A DNA stretch of 64,000 nt. Source: Cetorhinus maximus (lineage: Eukaryota). Location: positions 42,904,001 through 42,968,000 of the forward strand of contig NC_135891.1 in the NCBI RefSeq assembly GCF_964194155.1, read 5' to 3'. Shown one piece after another: positions 35,326 to 47,899 of the stretch. The notes beneath the pieces were generated by a model. That model saw only the letters and a program-made list of their open reading frames with translations, did no database searches and was not told where the DNA came from. Both the position numbers and the translations under genes were made by a program. Positions within the stretch are counted from its first letter, which is position 1; each line of letters starts with the position of its first letter.

Positions 35326-36924
35326 AAATTCAGGACAAAATTAATTCGCATTTGGAAAAATATGGGTTAACAAATACAAACCAGTGTGGATTTTTGAAGA
35401 CCAGTCTTATTTGGCTAACTTGATTAAGTTCTTTGAAGTAATGGAGAGGGTTGATGATGTTGAAAATGTTTGGCAAAGTACCACGTAATAGACTTGTTAG
35501 CAAAATTGAAGGATTAAAAGGAGAGTAGTAATGAACAATTATTTTTCAGGCTGGAGGGAAGTGTGTAGTAGTGTCCCCCAAGTGCTTGTGTTATAACCAC
35601 TGCTCTTTTTGATATAATAATGACCTGGATTTGGATATACAGAGCATAATTTTAAAGTTTGCAGGTTACATGAAATTGGAAATATAGATAGATAGTGACA
35701 AACTAATGAACTAGGCAGGACGTGGTGGATGAAATTGAACACCAGAGGTATGAAGGGATTAATTTTGGTAGAAAGAATGAGGAGAGGCAATATAACCTAA
35801 ATACTACAGTTTTAAAGCAGGTGCAGAAACTGAGCCCTGGAGGTGAACATGTGCAAATCTTTGAAAGGGCCATTTAAAAAGACATTTGAGATCTTTAGCT
35901 TTACAAATAGAGGTATAGAGTACAAAAAACAAGGAAGTTGTGCTAAACCTTTATAAAACACTGGTCGGGATGTAACTTGAAGTACTATGTCCACTTTTGG
36001 GCACCATGCTTTTTAGAAAAGATATCAAGGCCTTAGGGTGCAGAGGAGATATATTAGAATAGTACCAGCAATGTAAGAGTTAGTTCTATTGTTTGGACAG
36101 ATGAAAGAAACTGGGGTTGCTATCCTGAGAGCAGAGAAGCTTAAGGGGAGATTTGAAAGCGGTGTTAAGATCATGAATTATTTTGATAGAGTAAATAAGG
36201 AGAAATGGTTTCCAGCAGCAGAAGAGACAGAAAGCAGAAGGCAGAATTAAGGTAATTGGTAGAACAAGTAGACGTGAGATGAGGGGAAAAAATATTTAAG
36301 CAACAAGTTGTTGTAATTTGAATGCATTTCCTGAAAGCTGGTGGAGGCAGATTCAATATTTTTCAAAAAGCAATTGGATAAATATTTGAAATTTTGCTGA
36401 CCTATGCGGAAAGATGAGGCGAGTGAGACTAATTAGCTAGCTCTTTCAAAGTGCTGGCAGAGGTGAGATGGATCGAATGGTCATGTCCTTTTTTGCCGTT
36501 TCATTCTATAATTCTATATTGGTTTGCATCTCGTTCACTTATGACTTCATGGTTTGCTTGGAATTTGCCTTTCTGTACTAGAATACTGCTTCTGTTTGCA
36601 ATGTTGATGTGATCTATTCTAAATTAAAGGTTAAGATTGTGGAACATCCAAATAGCCTTTCAGTCAATTGATGCTAATGCAATTCCAACGTATTTAATTT
36701 GAGCATTCAAAATGGCAAGTTTGTTGCTCTTTCTGTGCTCCTTAGTCTTCTTGCATTCTACTTCTTCTACAATCTCTGCATTAAAATTGAAATCTAATGG
36801 TGGCGTAATCCTTCTGAATAATTATGATGTTTAATATCTTTGGAAGCATTAAGTTGTTACACATGGAAGTAATTATGTTTTGCTTTAATGTGTGACTTGC
36901 AAGAAGTTGTAGTAAATGTGATGA

Positions 36925-38185
36925 ACTATTGTTCGATAAAGTGCTTGTAAGAAAAGTTAAAGCCCATGGAATAAAAGAGACACTGGTGGTACGGATACGA
37001 AGTTGGCTGAGTAACAGGAAACAGTAGTGGTGAACGGTTGTTTTTCAGACTGGAGGAAGGTATTCAGTGCGGTTTCCCAGGGGTTGGTACTGGAATCACT
37101 GTTTTTCTTGATATAGATTAATAGCCTAAACTTAGTTTGCAGGGCACAATTTCAAAATTTTCAGATGACACAAAGCTTGGAAGTATTGTGAACTGTGAGG
37201 AGGATAGTGATCAACTTCAAGGGGACATAGACAGACTGGTGGAATGGGCAGACATGTGACAGATGAAAATGAATGCAAAGAATTATGAGGTGATGCATTT
37301 TGGTAGGAAGAATGGAGAGAGGCAATATAAAATCAAGAATACAATTTTAAGATATGGTGAAGGGGCAGAGGGACGAGGGCATATATGTATACAAATTGTT
37401 GAAGGTGGCAGAGCAAGTTGAGAAAATGGTCACAAAAATCTCAAAGGAACCCTGGGTTTTATAAATAGAGGCATCGAGTACAAAAGCAAGGAAGTAATGG
37501 GGAATCTTTTTATAAAACGTTAATTCAGCCTCAACTGGTGTGTTGTGTCCAATGCTGAACATGACACTTCAGGAAGGATGTGAAGAGATTAGAGAGGGTG
37601 CAGAACATATTTACAAGAATCGTTCCAGGGATGAGGGACTTCAGTTATGTGGAGAAGCTGGGGCTATTCTCCTTTTAAAGAGGAGATTTGATAGAGGTGT
37701 TCAAAACCATGAGCGGTCTGGACGGAGTAGAAAGCAACTGTCTCCATTGACAGAAGGGTGAAGAACCAGGGAACAGCAATTTACAGTAAGTGGCAAAAAA
37801 AGGCGATATGAGGAAAATCTTTTTCACACAGCATGTGTTTAGGATCTGGAATGCACCGCCTGAGAGTTTGGTGGAGGCTGAGTCACAATAAAAACACTGT
37901 GGGTGTGCCTACACCAGATGGACTGCTGTAGTTCAAGATGACTCACCACCACCTTAAGTGCGATAAGGGCAATAAATGCTGGCCTTACCAGTGACACTCC
38001 ATCACAAGAATTATTTTTTCAAAAATGGTGGCTTTCAAAAAAGGATCTTGGATAATGTACCTGAAGAAAAAAAATGCAGAACTACCGGAAAAGGGTGGGG
38101 AATGGGTCTAGCTGAGCTGGTCTTGCAGAGATCTGGCACTGACTGCCCTCTGTCGGTGGTGTAACCATTCAGGATTCTAATTCTT
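36925..38185 (+). mobile_element. CR1 LINE 3' part, with a short HER1-like tail fragment inserted at ~37885-38015
   Basis: Similar to 40860-41990. The insert carries gggcaataaatgctggcc. Confidence 0.8.
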
Positions 38186-38904
38186 GGTATATTGTTTGCA
38201 TATCAAGTTAAAGGGTGTAAACCATTGACCTTCATTTTGAAGCTATCCTTATTAATTTGTATATTTTATATTTCATAGAATAAACAATTTGTGACGTGCT
38301 TGAATCTTCAAAAACCTCCAAACCCACCAGAAGTTTGGATACGTCTCTCACCTTCAGCACTTGGCTAAATCCTCACACTCTCTTTGTGCATGCTCTGGAG
38401 CGGAATAAACTGCCTCACTCAACTTCAAGTAAAGTTTTGAGTGCATTCCCAGGTTCATAGCCCTGAATTTTCTGCTGGGAGACCTCCCCCACCTACTTCC
38501 CCCAGCTTCCCTCCACCCAGCAGTTGCACTGGATCTCTTTCATCCATCTAATGTTTGCAAAACAAATCATTGGAAAGAGATAGAGTCAGGGGCAGAGAGT
38601 TCCTAAAGCAGAAGTTCTCTTTCTGAGCTTCAGTCAAGATCCAGTGTTAAAATGGCAGCTGGGCTGCTGAGTTAGTGGAGATGTTCTGAGCTCCACAGGG
38701 GCCAATTGTATATCAGCTTCCCCACCCACTTGCTTCGGGGAATGTTATTATCATTGGGGAATAAGGCTGGGATTCCAGTAACATAAAACCAGAATATCCA
38801 TGGGCATGAGACGGACAGACAGGAAGCAGAGATTCATCTTAGCTGTGACTAACTGCCACATTCTCTAATGAGGTGTCTTCCCACTGAACCAACAAACCAT
38901 GTTT

Positions 38905-39245
38905 AGGCATTGGGAACAGATAGGGTAGATAGAAACTATTTCTGTTGGTTGGAAAATTCAGGACTGGGGGCATGGGCCCGGCTGTAGATGTTAAGACTTT
39001 CAAGAATGAAATTAGGAACCGCTTCTACACGCACAGTCATAAAAGTTTGGAAATCTCTTCCACAAATGACAATTGATGCTAGATCAATTGCTAATTTTAA
39101 ATCGGAGATAGATTAACAAAAATCCAAAGGTAGGAAAATAGAGCAAATTCAGGTATATGGAATTAAGTTGCAGATTAGCTGTGACCTCATTGAATGGTGG
39201 AACAAGCTTGAGGGAGTAAATGGTCAGTTCCTGTTCCTATGTGCC
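38905..39245 (+). mobile_element. Short CR1 3' fragment
   Basis: 'gatagggtagatagaaactatttct...gaatggtggaacaagcttgagggagtaaatggtc..ttcctgttcctatg'. Confidence 0.65.
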
Positions 39246-39590
39246 TGTAACCAGCAGGTTAATAACATGAAGAATTTTGAGACCTCTTGAAGGGGTGTGT
39301 GAGAGAACGTGGGTTCTTTAATATTTGTTAGCAAGAGCATTTTTCCAATGTGTCAATATTTCAGCTGGTATTGTCTCCAATTCTAATTTGTAGCAGATCG
39401 CCAGAATTTACTATCGGAGTATTAAAGCTGAATTTGTTCTTGCACTAAATGCATACTTTGTCATGAATCATTGTAAAGGATGATGGGAAGAATTAATAAT
39501 TGTTATAATAATGTTCAAATTATCTTCTGCAATTCATGACTCCCTCAATGTTTTCTAATTACTTTTGTATTCCATTTTGTTTCTCTCCAG

Positions 39591-39698
39591 GTTTGCCCAA
39601 TTTGTTCCTCCATGCCATGGGGCGACCCAAACTTCAGAAGTGCAGACTTGATACAACATTTGAAAATTCGTCATAAGTTTTCGTATGATACTTTTGTG
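39591..39698 (+). CDS. RNF114: RNF114 coding exon 5 (second C2H2 finger)
   Basis: [36 protein letters not shown]. 108 nt, strong acceptor, donor gtatgt. Confidence 0.96.
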
Positions 39699-40084
39699 GT
39701 ATGTACTTTTCAGTTTTAGTGAACCCGAGTGTAAACACAAAATCCTACTTGCAGTGAGACCATGCCTGCAAGAACTTCAGTCCCTAACCCCAGTGACCAG
39801 GGAGTTTCTCAAGGCTATTTCAATGGTACTTGTGCCACTTATGACAGATCGAAGAAACCTGTCATGCTGGAGAGGTTCAATCAAAGGCTGGGACAAGAGC
39901 AGAGGAATGTTGGTTCCTGCCTTCCTCTGTATTTGCTCCTGATAAACTGGGTGCTCTTCTTTAGGAAATCCAAGCCACCAGGTGGACTCCACAACTTCCA
40001 GAAATGCTGGGCAACAATGTTTCACCAAGTCTCTGAGGCCAGAGACGTGGGAATTCCTAACATAGACATTCCTCCCAAATGAAT

Positions 40085-42130
40085 GGCCTTGTTTTGAGTA
40101 GGTGAAGGATCACGAGTTTGATTCCCGCCCCAGGAACTTGAGCACATAATCTAGGCTGATGCTTCTTTGTAGAACTGGGGGAGTGCTGCACTGATAGAGT
40201 TGCCGTCCTTCAGATAGAATGCTAAACCAAGACCCGGTTTGACCTCTCAGGTAAAAGTAAAAAGATGTCATGGCACTATTTGAAGAAGAGCAGGTGAATT
40301 TAGTTTTCTGGCCATAAATTATCCTTCAGCCAACACCACTAAACAGGTAGATGCTACCCAGGCCATGATGATAGAGAAGGAAATTCTGTCACTGGAAGGG
40401 GTCAAAATCAATAAGGAGGAAGTGTTAGATAAACTGTCGGTACCTAAAATTGACACGGCACCAGGACCGGATGAGATGCATCCAAGGATATTGAAGGAAG
40501 TGAGAGTGGAAATTGCAGGGGCACTGGCCATAATCTTGTCTTCCCTATACTCAGGGAAGGTTCCAGAGGACTGGAGAATTGCAAACATTACACCCTTATG
40601 CAAAAAAGGTTGTAAGGATAAGCCCAGCAATTGCAGCCCAGTCAGTTTTACTTTGGTGATGGGGAAGCTTCTAAAAACAATTATTCAGGATAGAATTAGT
40701 AGTTACATGGAAAAATGTGAGTTTATTAGGAAGAGCCAGCATAGATTCCCAAAAGTAAAATTGTGTTTAACTAACTTGCTGGAGTTTTTTGAAGAGGTAA
40801 CAGCATGTTTAATGAGGGTAATGCTGTTGATGTGATGTACTTGGACTTTCAAAAGGCATTTGATACAGTGCCACATAACAGACTTGTGAGAAAAGTTATA
40901 GCTCATGGAGTAAAAGGGACAGTGGCAAAGTGGATACAAAATTGGCTGAGTAATAGGAAACAGAGTCAATGGATATTTTTCAGGCTGGAGGAAGGTTTGT
41001 AGTGGAGTTCCTCAGGGGCGGTTTTGGGACCCTTGCTTTGCCTGATTATATATTATTGATCTAGATCTTGGTGTGCAGGGGACAATTTCAAAGTTTGCGG
41101 ATGATAAGAAACTTGGAAGCATTGTAAACTGTGAGGAGGACAGTGTAGAACTTCAAAAGGACATAGACAAGTTGGTGGATTGGGCAGATAGGTGGCAAAT
41201 GAAGTTCAATGTGGAAAAGTGTGAGGTGATGCATTTTGGTAGGAAGAACATGGAGAGACAATATAAAAGAAGGGGTACAATTCTAAAGGGAGTGCAGGAG
41301 CAGAGGGATCAAGGTGTTTGTGTGCATAGATCATTGAAGGTGGCAGGACAGGTGGAGAGAGCAGTTGATAAAGCATACAGTATCTTGGGCTTTATTAATA
41401 GAGACATAGAGTACAAGAGCAAGGAGGTTATGCTGAACTTATATAAAATACTAGTTAGACCTCAACTGGAGTATTGTGTACAGTTCTTTAGGAACACTTT
41501 AGGAAGGATGTGAATGCATTGAAAGTGCAGAAGAGGTTTACAAAAATGGGTCCACGGATCAGAAACTTCAGTTATGAAGATAGATTGGAGAAGTTGGGAC
41601 TATTCTCCTTAGAGAAGGCTAAGAGGAGATTTGATAGAGGTGTTCAAAATCATGAGGGGGCTGGACAGAGTAGATAGGGAGAAGCTGTTCCCACTTGTAA
41701 AAGGATTGAGAACGAGAGGGCACAGATTTAAAGTGATTTGCAAAGGAAGCAAATGCGACGTAAGAAATCTTTTTCATACAGCGAGTGGTTTGGGTCTAGA
41801 ATGCACTGCCTGGAAGGTGGAGGCAGGTTCAATTGAGGCATTCAAGAGGGCATTAGATAACTATTTGAATTGAAACAATGTGCAGGGTTACAGGGAAAAG
41901 GCAGGAGAATGGCACTAAATTATAATGCTTATTTGGAGAGCCAGTGCAGACATGATGGGCCAAATGGCCTCCTTCTGTGCCATAATAATTCTGTGATGAC
42001 CTGGTTATCTTATTGCCATGTGCAAATCATAGCTGTATTCCCTATATTACATTTTAAGAGTACTTCAGTGGCTGTACAGCACATTGGGCAATCTTGAGGT
42101 CATTGAGTGTATAACTGTAAGTTTGTTAAT
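40085..42130 (+). mobile_element. DeuSINE/SacSINE1-like SINE (40085-40346 and ~41995-42130) split by a CR1 insertion
   Basis: Head 'gagtttgattccc...acttgagcacataatctaggctga...gggagtgctgcactg' stops at caacaccactaaacag. The tail resumes right after the CR1 end. Confidence 0.6.
40350..41995 (+). mobile_element. 5'-truncated CR1 LINE ORF2
   Basis: APGPDEMHPRILKE, YLDFQKAFDTVPHNRL, SKFADDKKL, LYKILVRPQLEYCVQF. Confidence 0.93.
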
Positions 42131-42149
42131 TTCTTTAATTTGGGGTTGT

Positions 42150-42820
42150 CTCAATTGTCACACTGCTTGTTTAACATCTAAGACTGGATGAGCTGAAAGT
42201 TCCTTCAACGAAATATTGGGAAGACCAAAGCCATTACCTTTAGTCTCTGCCACAAACTCCACTCCCTACCCGTCAGCTCCATCCCTCTCCCTAGCAACGG
42301 TCTGAGGCTAAGCCAGACTGTTCTCAGTGTTGGTGTCATGTTTGACCCCCAAGATGACAAGCTCCCCACCACATCTCTTCCATTATCAAAATTGCCTATT
42401 TCCATCTCTAACATCGCTCTTCCTCCCTGCCTTAGCTCATCTGCTGCTGAAACCCTCATCAATGCCTTTGTTACCCTTAGACCAGACCATCCGCAGTGCA
42501 CTCCTGACCACCCTTGATAAACTTGGAAGTCATCCAAAAAGTCCTAACATGCACCGAGTCCCATTCACCATCATCCTTCTGCTCACTGACCTAGTTATAA
42601 TTAATTTCCCATGGCACTGACCTACATGGGCTCCTGGTTAAGCAATGCCTTTTTTCTCATCCTTGTTTTTAGTTGGCTCCTTGGCTTTAGCCAGGCTTTT
42701 GGCCATCTGCCCTGATGGTTCCTTATTTAACTTGGTGTCAAATTTTGGTTAATGCTCCTGTGAAGCATCTTGAGATGTTTTACTATGTTAATTGTGCTAT
42801 ATAAATTCAAGTTGTGTTTT
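42150..42820 (+). mobile_element. L2 3' fragment
   Basis: Resembles 12620-12720 joined to 13900-14510. Confidence 0.7.
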
Positions 42821-43028
42821 TTTTATTTGGTTGGTTTTGAGGCCTACCTAATGTCAGTCCCATGAGAAGCTGGACCTGGTTTATAGCAATACAACCTTTC
42901 CTTCCAACAAATTTCCAAAGCTCAAACCTTCAACTACAGCTGCATGATTCTTACATCTCAACTACAATCTCTACTATCAAGTTACTTTACAGATGATTGT
43001 ACATAAATTTTCACTTTTTGTTTTGCAG

Positions 43029-43106
43029 GATTATAGTGTGGATGAGGATGAAATGTTGCAGGAAGCTATTGAACTTTCTCTGCAGGACAGAAATATGAGA
43101 TTGTAG
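43029..43106 (+). CDS. RNF114: RNF114 last coding exon (ubiquitin-interacting motif)
   Basis: DYSVDEDEMLQEAIELSLQDRNMRL*. The six exons total 687 nt = 228 aa plus stop, with RING-C2HC-2xC2H2-UIM architecture. Confidence 0.95.
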   Translation, partial: DYSVDEDEMLQEAIELSLQDRNMRL

Positions 43107-43511
43107 ACTAAGTACCTGCTTTTCTCTCAAACAGCAAATCAGAAACCCCATCCTATGATTACTGCTATGTAGCGGTTTAGTATGTCCATAAATCTATCCT
43201 GTGCACTTTTTTGATTCTTTAGTTAAACCACTTGTAATGAGGATGATAATACAACACCTTCTGTCGCAGATCTACTCCTATCATGAGTACGATACTCCAT
43301 GATGCAATTAGGTTAGGTAACAGTAAAGCATACTAAAAACCATATTGAGGTTGCATTTTATCAAATAGGACCTCTTCAGTCTGAGGATTATTATGGCACT
43401 TTAATCATGTTTAAAAATTGATATATTTGCTTTTTGATTAAAATCCAGTTATACTGCCCCGTAATACTGCCCTGTAATGTAATTTGTTTCCTGTTAGCTT
43501 TTGGAAAAATT

Positions 43512-43806
43512 AATAAAACAATAATTGGATTACGGGTATATTGTCTGTCTAGTACTTTTTTTTTATTACTGCTAACAATCATATTGGTCTGAAGTACATG
43601 GTCAGTGGCAAAACAGCACTCAACGCTGATATTGAAGAAAGTTGTTTTCAAAGGTCTAGCAATCTCTATGGTATGGATTTCCCCTTTCCCAACAAAACTT
43701 AATTCTGGTATCAGCACAAAGGAATCTCTGGTGAACATTCGTATCGTCAAGCGGATCTAGCAGCCCATCATGTTGAAGTCTCATGGACAACAAACTAGGA
43801 AATAAA
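43512..43806 (+). terminator. Candidate RNF114 polyadenylation signals
   Basis: AATAAA at 43512-43517 and 43801-43806; unique sequence ends at the LINE starting ~43830. Confidence 0.45.
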
Positions 43807-43829
43807 ACCCACTGATTATCACTGCCCTC

Positions 43830-45620
43830 ATTTTTCTAGGTTGTAGAGGTCGTGAATTTAGAAAGTGCTATCAAAAGAGCCTTGGTGAGTTGCTGCTCTG
43901 CATCTTGTGGATGGTGCACACTGCAGCCATGGTGGAGGGAGTGAAGGTTTAAGGTGTTGGATGGGGTGCCAAGCAAGCAGGCTGCTTTCTCCCGGATGGT
44001 GTTGAGCTTCTTCAGTGTTGGGGGAGCTGCTCATCCAGGCAAGTGGAGAGTATTCCATCACACTCCTAACTTGTGCCTTGTAGACGGTGGACAGGCTTTG
44101 GGGAGTCAGGAGGTGAATTACTTACTGCAGATTTCTCAGTCTCTGTCCTGCTTTTATAGCTACAGCATTTGTATGGCTCCAGTCATCAATGGTAATCCCA
44201 AGAATGTCAATGGTGTGGATTCAAAGAAGGTAGTGCTGTTGAATGTCAAGGAGAAATGATTAGATTTTATCTTGTTGGAGATGGTCATTTCCTGGCAATT
44301 GTGTGACGCAAATGTTAGTTGCAACTTACCAGCCCAAGTCTGAATACTGTCCAGGTCTTGCATATGCACCGACTACTTTGTATCTTAGGAGTTATAAATG
44401 GAACTGAACACTGCAATCATCAGCGAATGCCCCACTTCTGACCTGATGAAGGAGGGAAAGTCATTGAAGCATCTGAAAATGGTTAGGCTTAGGCTGCTAC
44501 CCGAAGGAATTCTTGTAGTAATGTCCTGGGGCTGAGATAATTGGCCTCCAACAACTACAATCAGCCTTCTTTGTGCCAAGTATCACTCCAGCCAGTGTAG
44601 AGTTTTATTCCTGATTCGAATTGCCTTCAAATTTGCTAGTTCTCCTTGATGCCACACTGGGTCAAATGATGTTCCGGTGTCAATAGCAGTCACCACCACC
44701 TCATCTCTGGAATTCAGCTTTTTTTTGTCCATGCTTGGACCAAGACTGTAATAAGGTCTGCAGCTGAGTGGTCCTGGCGGAGCCTAAACTGAGCATTAGT
44801 GAACAGGTTACTGTTGAGAGTAAGTGCTGCCTGATAGCAATGTTAACTACACCCTGCACCACTTTGCTGATAATCGCGAGTAAATTGATTGGGTGGTAAT
44901 TGGCCTTTGTGGACATGACATAGCTGTGCAGTTTTCCACATTGTTGGGTAGATACCACTGTTGTAGCTGTACTGGAACAGCTTCACTAGTTCTGAAGCAA
45001 AGTCTACAGCTGGGATTTTGCCCATAGCCTTTGCAGTATCCAGTGCCTTCAGCCGTTACTTGATACGTGGAGTGAATTGAATTGGCTGAAGACTGGCATC
45101 TGTGATGCTGCGGACCTCGGGAGGAGGCTGAGATGGATCATCCACTCGGCACTTGCTAAAGATTATTGCAAATGTTTCTGTTTGGTCTTTAACAGTGATG
45201 TGCTGGGTGCCCACATCATTGAGGATCAGGATGTTTGTGGAGCTGCCTTCTCTGATCCACTGTTTGTGCATCACCATTCATGACTGGATGTGACAGGATT
45301 GCAGAGCTTTCATCTGATCTGTTGAATAAGGAATCACTTGGCTTTGTCTATACCATGTTGCCTCTCTTTTAACATGCATATGGTCCTGTACTGTAGCTTC
45401 AAGTTGGCGTTTCATTCTTTGGTATGCCTGGTGTTGCTCCTAGCATTCTCTCCTATACTCCTTTATTCTTTGGTCGCCTGCTTGATGGTAATAGTAGAGT
45501 GAGTGATATGCTGGGCCACGAGGTTACAGATTGTGATTGAACATAATATTCCGCCATTGATGGCCCACATTGCATCGTGAAACCCCATTTTATGAGCTGC
45601 TGGATAGGTTCTAATACCTT
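43830..45620 (-). mobile_element. Decayed HER1-like LINE
   Basis: Same family as 12741-13830 (MMEYSPLAWMS, VVVGGQLSQPQDIT, LVKLFQYSYNSGIYPTMWK). Confidence 0.8.
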
Positions 45621-47899
45621 TTAAGTTCTTATTGCTCTTTATCAATTATGTCTTCCACAAAGAAGTACTTCAGAAAGTACAGTAAGGTGTCAAAGTCAAA
45701 AGTTGATTGGTGAAGGCAATGAAATTTGCAGCCGACCAGGCCCTAGCAGATAGCAGAGCAGAAATCTACAGATCCTAATGGATAGAATGAATGAAGTGGT
45801 GAAAGAATGAAAATGTATCCAATTTATTGCCTGTGCATATTTCAGTTTCCTCTGCCTGTTGAGAACCTGATGGATATAATTGTCCAACTTGTAGCACTCA
45901 ACTGGAGAAAAAGTCGTGGAAATGAGGCATCAAGATAATGATGCAACACCAAAAGCAATGTCTATGCATTTGCATAGGAAATTTTTAAAAACGTTTTTGT
46001 TTCCAACTCCAAACTTGCTACAAATATAGATGACTAATTAACTTATTGTAGATTTGCTCAGAGGCTAGGGTACTTTATAATGAGTTTTTACTTTATATTA
46101 TAATGATTTATAGTTTATATCCCTTGGCACTGCTAACAAATAAAGAACTTATTGTAACTGTTGTTACGATCTGAATAGGAGTCAGTTACTTTTGTTGTAA
46201 AAGAGATGAAATTGAAATACCAGTTACTTACTAAGAAAATAAAGTTGCAAGATTCCACAGCTTTAAACAAAAGAAATTTTGCTATATAAGAATCAAAAAG
46301 CAAACAGTCAATATTGTCCTATATTTTAACATACAGAATTAATAGGCAAACTAGTTGAACGAACGCAAACCACAAGTGCTCATGGAATGGCAAGCACAAC
46401 CGAGACAGATCCTATGAATTTTCTCAGCAGCCCACCCAGATGTTAGTGATCACTCAGTCTCAAAAATCCTTCGAACTCTGTCTCCCTCATGAGGGATTTC
46501 AGCTCCTCTCCTTTGATGATTTAGCATCTGATCACCCTTCGACCGCAACTCCAACTCAGCATGGAAACAGGACTCCAGCTCAAATTGCACCAACGGCTGC
46601 TCACCTCCCAGCTTCTCAATCTTTTCTGCGACTGTGTCACTGGATTTACAAGGCTGCACCCCAGCATCTAATAATTGGCGCAATCTCAGCTCTCTAGCTG
46701 TGCTGAGTGGATAACCACTGCTCACCAGCTTTTCTTTGACCCAACTCCCAGCTTCACAGAGCTGACAACTACTCCCCACGGGCTTCCTCCCGTACCCCGG
46801 ATTCTAGCTGCAGTGAGCTGACACTTCTTCAGCTCCACTGAGCTGGCACTACCCATGGGCTTCTCTGAAGCCTCTGCTCCCCAGCAGCACAGAGCTATCA
46901 ACTTCTCCTGGGCTCTCCCTGGGCCCCAGCTGAACAGAGTCAGTGACAACCCTTCAGATGATACTCTTCTGCTCCCAACAGTTCCTGTCACGTGGGCTTG
47001 TTTTTGCACCCAAAACCCTGGTCACTTGAGTAATTTATTTGCCATCTCTCCAGGTCCTGTGGTCACTCTTCTTATGCCATCTCTGAGCAGCTGTCAAAGG
47101 AAACCTGGGGCCATACATGTCACGCTGTGCACTTACGCCAGAGCCATGGGCATGCTGGGAGTTGTAGTCTTCCAACCAGGGCCTGGCCTCCAAGCCAAAA
47201 ACACACAAACCGTCCAGAACTCTAGATTCCTTCACACTGTGCCTGTGCTTCATTACCTCTCTAACTCTTTTTGTGTCACATTCTTTTTACCCTTTGCTAC
47301 TTTTCTCACTACATTTCTAATTTTTCTATTGCTTAGGTGTAGATATACTTGGTGGGTCAAGACAGACTGAGATTGGTTTGGGGTGTGTTAGGAATATCCT
47401 GAATGGTGAGGGAAGACTGCTGAAAAGAGCATGATATACTTGTTGAGTCAGATCATTAACAGGGAGTATGTGGGCCTGAGGCACTGTCGGGAGCATGCGA
47501 AGCTGGTTGGGTCAGGCTATCAAAGGGAATGTGGTGCCTTGTCATTGCGAACATGTACAGAGGCATCAACAGAATAAAAACAGGTAAGACAGCCCAATGC
47601 AATAAGCCAAGCTCCAACCATGTACTCCAAATTCAGATGCAAGTTCCAACAAAGGAGGGAGGTCTCTGCAAAATAAGTTTTTCCCACTGTATAATAATGG
47701 AATGTTGAACAATAAGAAACAGTTTTATTTGGAATTGTTTCATTTTTTGTGCTTCTTTTGTTATAAGTGTTACAAGCGCATCTCCAAAGGTTAGCTGCAA
47801 AATAAAAAAGTTAAAGCACAGTTAAAAAAGTTATTCAAGCAATCAGTATTAGTCAGTTTTTGTTACTTGCCAGTTTGGGATTAATAACTTTGAACTAAA

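Larger units (their letters stand above)
33770..36520 (+). mobile_element. Decayed CR1 LINE interrupted by a Penelope fragment and an RTE fragment
   Basis: CR1 ORF2 sequence resumes at 34194 and at ~35325 after each insert; CR1-like tail at ~36470-36520. Confidence 0.75.

Noticed and set aside
22464-43106. Assignment to paralogues RNF166, RNF125 or RNF138
   Set aside because: KPKKPIC, EGVKA and PNRFTFTCPFC motifs, 228-aa length and position between SPATA2 and SNAI1 fit RNF114.
46160-47370. Possible solo LTR and the 171-aa ORF at 46855-47370
   Set aside because: No matching target-site duplication and no recognisable domain or splice structure; probably an unclassified repeat.
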